IMG/VR virus record: IMGVR_UViG_3300011113_000257
Location: 32,001-96,000 of that record
DNA: 64,000 bases
Source of the DNA: a virus
Strand: one strand, 5' to 3'
This document shows, piece after piece, positions 19,298 through 28,284 of this stretch; the stretch's first letter is position 1; each line of letters starts with the position of its first letter. The translations under genes were made by a program, and so were the position numbers. Under the pieces are notes generated by a model. It saw only the letters and a list, made by a program, of their open reading frames with translations. It had not been told where the DNA came from and searched no databases.

Positions 19298-21656
19298 TTA
19301 TTCGACTTCGTTATCCGCAAGGATTTGCTTGACGGCTTCAATCGCTTCCTCTAGAGTTTCGCAAACTTCCCACCACTCATCGTCAGCCTTTGGCTCATAG
19401 AACTCAAACCAATTATTATTCACCCAGACATCTTGCTCTGCGTGTGCCGTGTTGAACTCTGCCAACTTCGTGTCCGTGTCAATCCCTGCGGAGATTAGGT
19501 CGCTTGTGTAACGCCAGACATCTCCGTTAGGTAGGTTGATACGCATCTCGCCGTTAGACCCAATGTGAAACTCTCGGTCGCCCGACTTAACTACGGCTAG
19601 AACTTCCCAGCCGTTAGTCCAGCAATAGAACGCCGAGTCTGTCTGCTCTGGGTTCTGCTCTACTAAATACTCAACCGTGTAATCCATCACGCCACCTAGT
19701 CCTCGTCTGACTCAACTCGGACACCGCAAGTAAAACACTTTAAGTTTTCCCAGTCAGGGTACTCGTAGCAAGTATCGTGGATACAGTCGTTAGTATCGAA
19801 CACCGCGCCAAGTAGTTCCAACAAACCGTCAAGGTACTCTACGGGGAACGCTTTCATCTCGCCGTACTTTGACGGTAAGGAAACAACTCCCGACATAATG
19901 TCCTCTGAAAGTTCCGCAAGAAAGTCAAACTGCTCTTGCAACATTTCATAGTCAATGTTTTTCATTTTGTTTTCTCCCCATTGAGTTCTAGCAACACCGC
20001 ATTTAGAGTGTCGTAAAGTTCTTCGTCTTTTGCGTAGTTCGCATCATTGTCAATCGCGTGAGTCCACTCATTTGTTGCCGTGTCGTAAACAGTTCCGTCA
20101 AAGTAACGAGTTTCATTTTCAATGTTCCACTTGCCTGTTTCGGTATCGAAACACACTACATAGTGATGCTGTGTAGTTGAGGGGTAGTAACCCTGCTCGC
20201 CTTCACAAGTTTTGCAGAACGGTGTGCAGTCGAAACCGCCCCCGTGTTCTGGACACTCAACCATTTCTAGTTTGCTCATTTTGTTTCCCTTTCTTAGAGT
20301 GAGTCCCTCTCGCTCTATGATAAGTATACGCCCCTAGCCTGACATTTGTCAAATCAGGGGCGCACACCGCGTGTTACCAATTCAGTTCTTCGCCATTCTC
20401 GTCTTGGAAGATTAAGTCACTCGTATCTGCCGTGTGACCCCAACCGCAACTAAAGTCATTCTCAATCCACACTTCAACTCTCTGCATAATGTCCCACAGG
20501 GTTATTTCACTATGTGGAGTTTCAGTTTCCGCGTGTATGTCGTTAGCAATCTGGTTTACGTCATACGAGACAACTTTCATCACGTTAATGCGTTCTGGTA
20601 ATTCTCTCATTATTTCTCCATTCCGTGTCCAACGTGGACTAATCTAATTTCTGGCTCGCCGACTTCGATTCCCCAGCCATTCTTTAGTAGTTCTAATGCT
20701 TCTTCTTCGCTAGTGCAAAGTTTAAGATTCTTAGAGTCAATCTCTAATGTCTTGATTACTTGAAACTCGTAACGCATTTGGTTTCCCTTCCTTAGCAAGC
20801 CCTTCTTGCTAATAACTCTATGATACATCAATACCCTGACATTTGCAACTTGAACACGAAATTATCTTTTCCCGTGCCTTCGCTGAGTTCCGCATAAAAA
20901 ATTTCAGTTTTGTGAAACCAAGAAACCCCTAGCCTTTCGGCTAAGGGCATCTTTTGGATTAGGCGGTGATTAGTCCCTCGTCTATCAAGGTGCTGGCAAT
21001 TCTGCCGTAAGAACCTTGCAGTTGCCACGCTAGTCGCGTATCAACTAGTTGCTGAAACAAGTTAATTGTTTCTTCTCTGTCAAGATTACCTTCTTCGAAC
21101 TCGATGATTAAGTTCGTGATGTCGTGTAGTGACATTTGCTTCCCTTTCGTATTCGCCGTACTTCGGCTTATGTAGTAAGGATACACTAAACCCCTGACAT
21201 TTGTCAAGGGCTTAGTGTCCCGTGTCTTTAGTCTTCTTCTTCGTACTCATCTTCGTCTTCGTCTTCGTCTTCGTCTTCGTCTTCACGGCATCTGTCGCAG
21301 ATTGAGTCATAGTCCGCGCCAGACTCGCCACATAGTTGGCAAAACTCGTCTTCGTATCCCTGTGGGATTATGCTTTCGTATCCCTCGTTAGGGTCGTCCT
21401 CGTTAGTTGCTACTGATTGCACAAACTTTAGCCCGCAAGAGCCTTCGTACCAACGCTTGACTAGGGTAAGCATTTCGTCAGGGGTTGAGTCGGTAACAAG
21501 GAAACTTCCGTCCTCGCCATAGCCCCACTCTGCACTCTGCTTGACTTGCTGGTCGTCTTTCAAGATGTAAATCTTGTGACAACCATCAAACGAGATGCCT
21601 TTGGCTTCGTCAAGTTCTGCCTTAACTTCGTCCCAGATGTCTTGGAAAGTAGTCAT
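19298..21656 (-). CDS. Run of small acidic hypothetical genes (19298-19690, 19696-19965, 19962-20279, 20374-20610, 20610-about 20777, 20959-about 21135, 21228-21656)
   Basis: ORF track and RBSs; the last gene ends in a poly-Asp/Glu tract encoded by (GTCTTC)n at about 21250-21285. Confidence 0.65.
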
Positions 21657-21889
21657 TTTGATTTCCCTTTCTATCAGTAAGCCTTTCTTGCTGATAAAAC
21701 TATCATACCACACTATCCTGACATTACCTAATCGGGGCTTTAGCGCGTGTCGCAGAAAAAATTTCAGTTATCTAAAATTACGAAACCCGTACCAAAAAAA
21801 TTTCAGTACGGGCTTCGCTTAGAAACTGTCGGAAGGCTGACACACGCTGGAAGGACGATACCCCCCGACAGGGCTTATGGGTTATTCAA

Positions 21890-23698
21890 TTATCCGTTAC
21901 GGTTTCCCATAGCGGTTAGTGCTTTCGCACACGCTTGTCCGATAGCGTTGGACGCTTCCGTTGGAGAAGCCACACCGCTTAACGGCTCTACCGTTGTCCC
22001 CCTTAGGAGACTTCTGGCACTTGAACCGTTGTCGAACGGTATCCATACTACCGCCACGCCGTTGCTCTCACACTGCGACACCCAACTCCGAGCCTTTTGG
22101 GTCTCGTCGTAAGTGTACACGCCGTCGGATACCACGACTAAAAGCCTAGCACCGTCACCGTTGAGCAGGTTCAACTCGCCGTCTATTGCCTTGAACGCCT
22201 TGTCAAACTTTTCCGTACCGTCTGGTGCTGTGTACACCGTTACGTCCGTTAAGTGCTGACCAGACTTGAGCGTAGGGAACACGTCGTCGCCGTAGTACAC
22301 CATCGCGCACTTGCCTTGGACTCGCCGAGTTGCTTCCGACATTACCCACGCCGTTGTCGCCATCGGTTGCATCGCCGAATTCATCGAACCGCTAATGTCT
22401 ACCATCACGCCGACCTTTAGTGTTGGCTCGTCCGTTGTCTTACGGACTCGCTTACGCCAAGGTTGCGCCGTTGGTTGCATACCTATCGCCTTGTGTGCTT
22501 CGTTCTGCATAGCCGAGCGAGTTCGTAGCCGTCCACCGGGAACAATGCTACGCACTTCAACAACATCGCGCTCGCGATACTTTGCACGCTCTAATGCGCT
22601 CGCCACTTTCACCGCGCTGATACGCTCGTCTGCCGTAGGCTTACGAACCTCTGTTGCATAACTACGAGTACGAGTAGATGCTGATGGACCAGTACCTCGC
22701 CCGAAAACTTCTTGAGCAACTTTAACATTCTCACGACTTTGCTTTGCACTGTCCGCGCGATTCTTAACTTCCTCTTTCCATTCCTCTGACTCCTCTTGGT
22801 CTGCAAGTTCGGAGTAGTTAGACACCGCAACATTTTCAGATGCTTCTTTCAACTTCTCAAGTAACTCTTTTAATGCTTCGCCAACTTCAGATGTAGACTC
22901 ACCACTTCCACCAGAAGTACTTTCACTACCAGAATTATCCTCGCCACGTTCGTTTGCAAGGTCGCGAACAATCTGTGCCCACTCACGCGCTAATGGATAA
23001 ACAGGTTCCATGTTTCGATGGTCTGTGTGTGTAATGAAACGCTCGATAACACTGCATAACTTTTCAACAGTTTCGTTGCCTAAGTATTCCTCTATAAATT
23101 CTGTAACCTCTAGAACATCATCACGCTCTAAAATTCCACCAATGATTCGACCATGCACTAGTCCAACTAAAGTTGCAATGTTTGAAACACTACCCTGTGT
23201 CAAATCCTCTGACTCAAAATCTGCAATAACAATTTCCATTGCACTTGAGCATAGAAATGCGCGATACCGAGCATCAAGCAAAATACCTTGTGCTTCGATT
23301 CGTGATTCCTCAAGAAGCATTAGTGCTTCGTACTCGTCTGACTTTAATGCTTCGTAAGCAGACTCTAAACTCCACTTCGAGAAACGAGCGTGAAATGCTT
23401 CGTGCATTATCGCGCCAGTTGCCTTTGGAAATTCGTACTGCGTTGAGCGTTGATTAATGTCGCTAATGTGTTCTGGCTTAATGCCAAACCCGAAAGCAAT
23501 TTCTGTGTTCACTTCAATTTCTGCAATCGCTGGCTTGTAGCACGCTGGCGCATTGCTACCTGCAACAGGAGATGCAAGTCCAACTAAATCACCGCGACCT
23601 GCGATTGAGTTTGCTAGTTGCGCAATCTGCGAACCAACTGCATACCATTCTGGATGTCTTTCACCAGAAGTCTTACTGTGTGTGTCAATGTGTGCCAT
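21890..23698 (-). CDS. VWA-domain protein with HExxH metallopeptidase-like N-terminus (CobT-like)
   Basis: HEAFH, LEESRIE; MIDAS DISGSM, GT, VVVSDG; start set by RBS GGAAGGAG. Confidence 0.85.
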   Translation of the reverse strand: MAHIDTHSKTSGERHPEWYAVGSQIAQLANSIAGRGDLVGLASPVAGSNAPACYKPAIAEIEVNTEIAFGFGIKPEHISDINQRSTQYEFPKATGAIMHEAFHARFSKWSLESAYEALKSDEYEALMLLEESRIEAQGILLDARYRAFLCSSAMEIVIADFESEDLTQGSVSNIATLVGLVHGRIIGGILERDDVLEVTEFIEEYLGNETVEKLCSVIERFITHTDHRNMEPVYPLAREWAQIVRDLANERGEDNSGSESTSGGSGESTSEVGEALKELLEKLKEASENVAVSNYSELADQEESEEWKEEVKNRADSAKQSRENVKVAQEVFGRGTGPSASTRTRSYATEVRKPTADERISAVKVASALERAKYRERDVVEVRSIVPGGRLRTRSAMQNEAHKAIGMQPTAQPWRKRVRKTTDEPTLKVGVMVDISGSMNSAMQPMATTAWVMSEATRRVQGKCAMVYYGDDVFPTLKSGQHLTDVTVYTAPDGTEKFDKAFKAIDGELNLLNGDGARLLVVVSDGVYTYDETQKARSWVSQCESNGVAVVWIPFDNGSSARSLLRGTTVEPLSGVASPTEASNAIGQACAKALTAMGNRNG

Positions 23699-23835
23699 CT
23701 CTGGCTCCTTCCTTTTGTACGCCCCTTTGACGTACTCTGTGAGTTTATCATACCTTCTTGATATTTCCAAATTGAAGGGTGGGGAGTCGGGAAACACTCA
23801 CGAAAACCGACTCCCCTTAGCAAGGATGAAAGGGA

Positions 23836-24867
23836 CTAAATCCTTGCTGGCTTGTATTCCGCACCAAACACGCGAGACAGAACATCTGCCACGATTGGTC
23901 TGTCCATCTCTGGTGCAGAAGCAAGTAAGTTCGAGATACCAAACGGAACCCCGAATGTTGTAACGATGTCGCGGAACGCTAAAAGTTCGCGCATCTGTGG
24001 AGCCCACGAGACTTCACCAGACTCTTGTTTCTTAGCAAGATTCTGCGCAACAGTAACGAGGTTGCTAGGTACACCTAAGGTGCGAGCAAGTGACCAGTCA
24101 GTTGCCATCTCTGCTTGAACAGTAAAGCGAGATAGTAAGGCTTCTGAAAGTCGTACTCCCGGAGCATTAGGGTTAGTTGCACCCACAACATAAAAGTCAG
24201 GGTGAACCTTAACAGTACCTCTGTCAGGATTAGCAGTGACAGTAATTTCGCCACGTCCATCCATCACGCCATACAAACCTGAAAGTTGCTTAGGGTCAAT
24301 CAGACCAATCTCGTCAATGAACAAGACTGCACCTTCCTCTACTGCTCGCACAAGTGGACCATCTACCCACTCGAAACCACCAGCAGGATTCTGTACGAAC
24401 CCACCAAGGAAGTCTGACATTTCGATGTCAGCAGTTCCAAGTACTGTGTACATATTTCCACCAAACGCTGCTTCGACTAATGCAGTCTTACCAGTTCCCG
24501 GTGCGCCATAAAGCAACGCGAACATTGGCGAGCCAACTTTGTCTGTGACAGACAAGGTAGTTGCTTCACGAGCCTTGCGTAATGTTGCAACATCTTGATG
24601 TTCACCCCAAGTACGAGCGTGGTACACACTTCCATTTGGACGAATGTATTGACTACTACTTGATTCAAGTGTGACACCTGATGTTGTAATTGGTGTCGCT
24701 ACGCGAGCAACGCGAGGTGCGCGTTCTACGAAACGACCTTGTGGTAAAACCTGCGAGATTACTCTCATAGATGCTTCTGTTGATACTGACTGCGCAACCA
24801 TGTCGTCTAACATGGAAGTGAATTCAGTTCCCCACTTTGAATAAATTTCATTTTCTTTGATGCTCAT
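23836..24867 (-). CDS. MoxR/CobS-type AAA+ ATPase
   Basis: Walker A GAPGTGKT, WVDGPL, Walker B LFIDEI, ATNP, LSEALLSRF. Confidence 0.9.
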   Translation of the reverse strand: MSIKENEIYSKWGTEFTSMLDDMVAQSVSTEASMRVISQVLPQGRFVERAPRVARVATPITTSGVTLESSSSQYIRPNGSVYHARTWGEHQDVATLRKAREATTLSVTDKVGSPMFALLYGAPGTGKTALVEAAFGGNMYTVLGTADIEMSDFLGGFVQNPAGGFEWVDGPLVRAVEEGAVLFIDEIGLIDPKQLSGLYGVMDGRGEITVTANPDRGTVKVHPDFYVVGATNPNAPGVRLSEALLSRFTVQAEMATDWSLARTLGVPSNLVTVAQNLAKKQESGEVSWAPQMRELLAFRDIVTTFGVPFGISNLLASAPEMDRPIVADVLSRVFGAEYKPARI

Positions 24868-24883
24868 AATTTTCAGTCCCTTT

Positions 24884-25351
24884 CTACGCTGTGAACATTT
24901 CTGGATAAGATAATGCAGTTCGAGTCTGGTTGATTCGATGCACGACCTTAGTTGGAGTCTTACCTTCTGTTACATCTGTCAAGTCTTTCTGTGAAACTTC
25001 CACAAAAAATGGCTTGCCAATAAGTACGCTACTAATTGAAACGCGCTTCATAAACCACGCTAGTGTTTGAAGTCGCTCCTCGCGATGGTTCTCTGATGTA
25101 ACCCCTGTTGCTGGGTCTACGAGACTACGCTGAAGTGCTTGCACCTTCCATTGTTTCTTTGGCTGTGATGCCGAAAGACGACGATAGTAGACACGCGCTG
25201 TCGAAAAATTTCCAAGTTCATTCCAACCATCTGGAGTAATGAACATCTGAAAAATCTGTTGGTATTCATTCTTGAATTCCGCGTACAAGGCTGTGCCCTG
25301 TACTTTCTTTTCTGGGTCTGTAAGCAGACCAAGAGGTGTTTCTGTTGACAT
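24884..25351 (-). CDS. Hypothetical protein, first gene of the MoxR operon
   Basis: RBS GAAAGGA; promoter TTGACT-N17-TAAACT at about 25398-25426. Confidence 0.7.
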   Translation of the reverse strand: MSTETPLGLLTDPEKKVQGTALYAEFKNEYQQIFQMFITPDGWNELGNFSTARVYYRRLSASQPKKQWKVQALQRSLVDPATGVTSENHREERLQTLAWFMKRVSISSVLIGKPFFVEVSQKDLTDVTEGKTPTKVVHRINQTRTALSYPEMFTA

Positions 25352-25475
25352 AGTGAGTATTTCCTTTCTTTATGTCTTTTGTCCCTGTGACATTTCTAGT
25401 TTAGCATAACGCTATGATGGAGTCAAATCGGGGTAGGAGTATGTCTAAGGAGACCTACCCCGACCTGACTTCTAA

Positions 25476-25808
25476 CTACTTAGCGACAATGATGTCGTAA
25501 GTAGAAACCTTTGAACAGGTTTCGTATGCTTCTGGATAAACTTCTTTCAGAAGCGTTGAGTCCACATTGGTGCGTGAACGTGGTGCAAGTTCCACTACTG
25601 GAAGCCCTGCGACAGTACCAACCTTGGCAGAACCAATTAGGTCACGAATTGCGCTGTCAAGTTCTGACTTTGCTTTTTCGAGTTCCTTGATTGCAAGTTT
25701 TGCGTTAGCAAAATCTGCAAGCAGGTTCGCGATGTTGGTGTTGTCCAATTCAACGGTGGACGTTTCCGTGACAACCTGTGTTGTCGTTACCTGTGTGCGT
25801 ATGCTCAC
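25476..25808 (-). CDS. Hypothetical coiled-coil protein resembling the C-terminal region of YqaJ-type proteins
   Basis: R..VD...LK..YPE.Y motif; GTG start after GAAAGGGG. Confidence 0.55.
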   Translation of the reverse strand: MSIRTQVTTTQVVTETSTVELDNTNIANLLADFANAKLAIKELEKAKSELDSAIRDLIGSAKVGTVAGLPVVELAPRSRTNVDSTLLKEVYPEAYETCSKVSTYDIIVAK

Positions 25809-26122
25809 TTTGGCGATTCCCCTTTCAAGGAAAGTTCGATAGACCATCTAACGAACAGTTCTAACTTTACGCCCTACACCTGACATTTGTCAAATCGAGC
25901 GTTTCCACCCCGATTTCTCGGGCTGTTTTCGTTCATAGAACCAATGTAACACATTACCCTGACATCCGCAAGTTTATTTGATAACGATTTGATAACGGAC
26001 CGGGAACTGAAATTTTTTAGTTCCGGGTTGTTGAAGGCGGGCTCCAATAAAAAATTTCACTTTTGGGCAAAAAGAAACCCCCGTTCGAAACTCACTGGTT
26101 TCGATTTAACGGGGGTTGGTCT

Positions 26123-26311
26123 TTAGAGTTCTTGCTCCCACTTTTCGATGTCAAACATTTCCCAGATTTCATCATCTGTGAAATTTTCCTTCAACCAAAT
26201 AGCGGTGCGCTTTTGGACTACTGGGTTTTCGTCTACTGGCTTAGCAGTTCCGAAGATGCTACCCATAAGGGCTTGGTATGCGTGTGCGTTTGCTTCATGC
26301 GGTTTGTTCAT
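26123..26311 (-). CDS. Hypothetical protein
   Basis: Promoter embedded in the end of the upstream gene; AGGAG before ATG. Confidence 0.6.
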   Translation of the reverse strand: MNKPHEANAHAYQALMGSIFGTAKPVDENPVVQKRTAIWLKENFTDDEIWEMFDIEKWEQEL

Positions 26312-26772
26312 ACTCCTACGGTAACACGAGGCACTGACATTTCTTCAGGTGTCCAAATGTAGGGGAGGTCACTTGGCGTATCGGGAAAAAATTCAGAGTA
26401 GTACTCAGGGGCTTTGCGCAAGAGATTCGAGCGGTGCGATTCGTGGAACCGTGAGTTCCCGATGAACCAAGGCAAGCCTTCGTACCGCTTACCTTGCACC
26501 GTTAGGTCTCGCATCTTCTCGATGAAGTACGGTAGCAGGTTGTCGACATACCCTCTCCGTTTCCACTCCAGCGACATTATTGAACCGTAGTACGCGAGTG
26601 CGAACTCGTGCCCACGCCACATCTTGGTCGCAGGGTGGTTGACCCAACCCGTTGTCTCGCCGTTGAGCGCCATCAGTATTTGCTTGGTCTCAACCCGTTG
26701 CTTCCCGAGCCGTCGGTAGTCCAATACCCTCGCCGTCTTTTCAAAATCGGCGTATGGCAGGAACGTCTGCAT
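26308..26772 (-). CDS. Pyrimidine-dimer DNA glycosylase-like (MSMEG_6728 family)
   Basis: MQTFLPY..LD..RLGKQRVE, HPA.KMWRG, SHRSNLLRK and LPYIW motifs. Confidence 0.82.
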   Translation of the reverse strand: MQTFLPYADFEKTARVLDYRRLGKQRVETKQILMALNGETTGWVNHPATKMWRGHEFALAYYGSIMSLEWKRRGYVDNLLPYFIEKMRDLTVQGKRYEGLPWFIGNSRFHESHRSNLLRKAPEYYSEFFPDTPSDLPYIWTPEEMSVPRVTVGV

Positions 26773-27893
26773 TAGCCCTCGCCGTTCTCTCGAACTAGCG
26801 CGATGGCTCTCGCCATGCCTGCAGACCAACCGTCGTTAAACGCGACATCCGTCTCGTCCATTTCCTCAGCGTCCGTCATGTCTTCTTCGGTTACCCGTTC
26901 CCACTCCTCCATTAAAATTTCTAATAGTGTCATGTGGTCACGCCCGCTAACGCCCACGCCTTCTTGAGGTCGCGGTCGAAGTCGCGTTGCAACTTATCCC
27001 ACGCCGTTTCGTCAAAAAGGATTGGGTGCGCCTCTTGCTTATTTCTGCTAAGCACTCGCCGTATAAAAGATTTCAGTTCCGTGTAGTTCATGTTCTTGCT
27101 CCTCCTTTGTTTTGCGGGGCACGCCGTGTGCCTCGCCGTCGTGATGTATTAACTTTATGATAAAAGTTTCTAGATGTCAAGCGCGTACTCTGGGAGTTCC
27201 ATCCCTGCCCCAACTAACGCGCGCCGTATTAAACCTTGCTGACGCGAAGTTGTCTGCGAGTATTTATCTACGTTCAGATAAGTAACCTGACGTTTTTCTG
27301 TGTTTATACTAGCCATCCGTGTTGAGTAAGAGTAGATGTCGTAGATGATGTCGCCACCAGCGTCGCACCATTTCGAGGCTCTCATGCTGTGACCGTGCTT
27401 GAATGGTTTGAATGCTGGAATAAATTCTTCTGCAATTTCTTTGTAACTAGGCATTTTTATTTCCCTTCCCGTTGATGTGTCTCACCAACAAGAACCATTC
27501 TATCATACCAACCTGACATTCGCAACTTAAGGCACGCCATTAGATTTCTTCAGTGTCTTCCATTAGTTCAGGAAGATTTTCCTCAACCATCTCCCAGAAG
27601 GTATCAAAAATTTCGATATTCTCTCGAACCTCTTCAACGGGTGCATCGTATTCAATGGTAACGATTTCGTGGACGTGCTCTTCGTCTTCCTCAACGTGGT
27701 GAGTTCGAAACACATAGTCACCGTCTTCGGTGATTAGGTAATTAATAAACATCACGGAGCACTCAGATGTGAGCGCGACTTGGTATGTCTCGGTTAGGGG
27801 GTCGTAGATAGGACAGCAAGCAGAAATGATGTCGTGCATGTAGTGCCCTTTTTTGATGACACGGCTTGGGTGAATGTTGTTCGGTTTGTTCAT
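26772..27893 (-). CDS. Small hypothetical genes (26772-about 26933, about 26938-27091, 27170-27454, 27540-27893)
   Basis: 27170-27454 has YSYST..YSQTTSRQQ; cassette promoters at 27512 and 27916. Confidence 0.6.
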
Positions 27894-28284
27894 ACTAGCA
27901 GTATTGCACATCCGTCTGACATTTCCAAATCGGGCTCAGGGCACACCGTTTAAAAAATTTCAGTTTTGAGTTTGCACGGATGGATTTTGCGGTCCTAGCC
28001 CGGAAAATATAAAAAGGAGGCGGGTGGCCTGGGCGGCTCTTCCAGGCTAAGCGGTTTAACCGTTTAAAAGATTGCGTCAACAATCAGGGCGGCTAGAATA
28101 AGCGCCCCGAGAAATGCAAAAGGAAATTTAAACTCGCTCATCGGTCATCTCGGCGGTCAGCATCTTAACCAGTTCCGTTGCGCGGTTGGCTCTTGCGGTT
28201 ACGCGGATGTGCTCTTCGCGGGTCTTCGCAAGCGGGATGTCTGCGGTTAGGTCACGGGCTAATTCTTCGGCGACTGCTAATAAG

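Larger units (their letters stand above)
10880..27930 (-). promoter_or_regulatory. Family of about 25 sigma70-type promoters TTG(A/C)NA-ATGTCAGG..(17)-TANNNT
   Basis: CCTGACA core on the plus strand, e.g. 12506, 12843, 13095, 14426, 14872, 15376, 17031, 18161, 18592, 19189, 20338, 20835, 21193, 21717, 25879, 25958, 27512; also 8862 (+) and 40879. Confidence 0.85.

Noticed and set aside
18110-20315. CsrA/RsmA sites (ANGGA loops) in leader hairpins
   Set aside because: Only about three of some twenty pentaloops fit ANGGA; the shared feature is loop size and first base
22311-24548. Several long plus-strand ORFs opposite VWA/MoxR, and similar shadows opposite portal, RNR, TerL and the 28285 gene
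   Set aside because: Antisense shadows of well-supported genes with no independent signals
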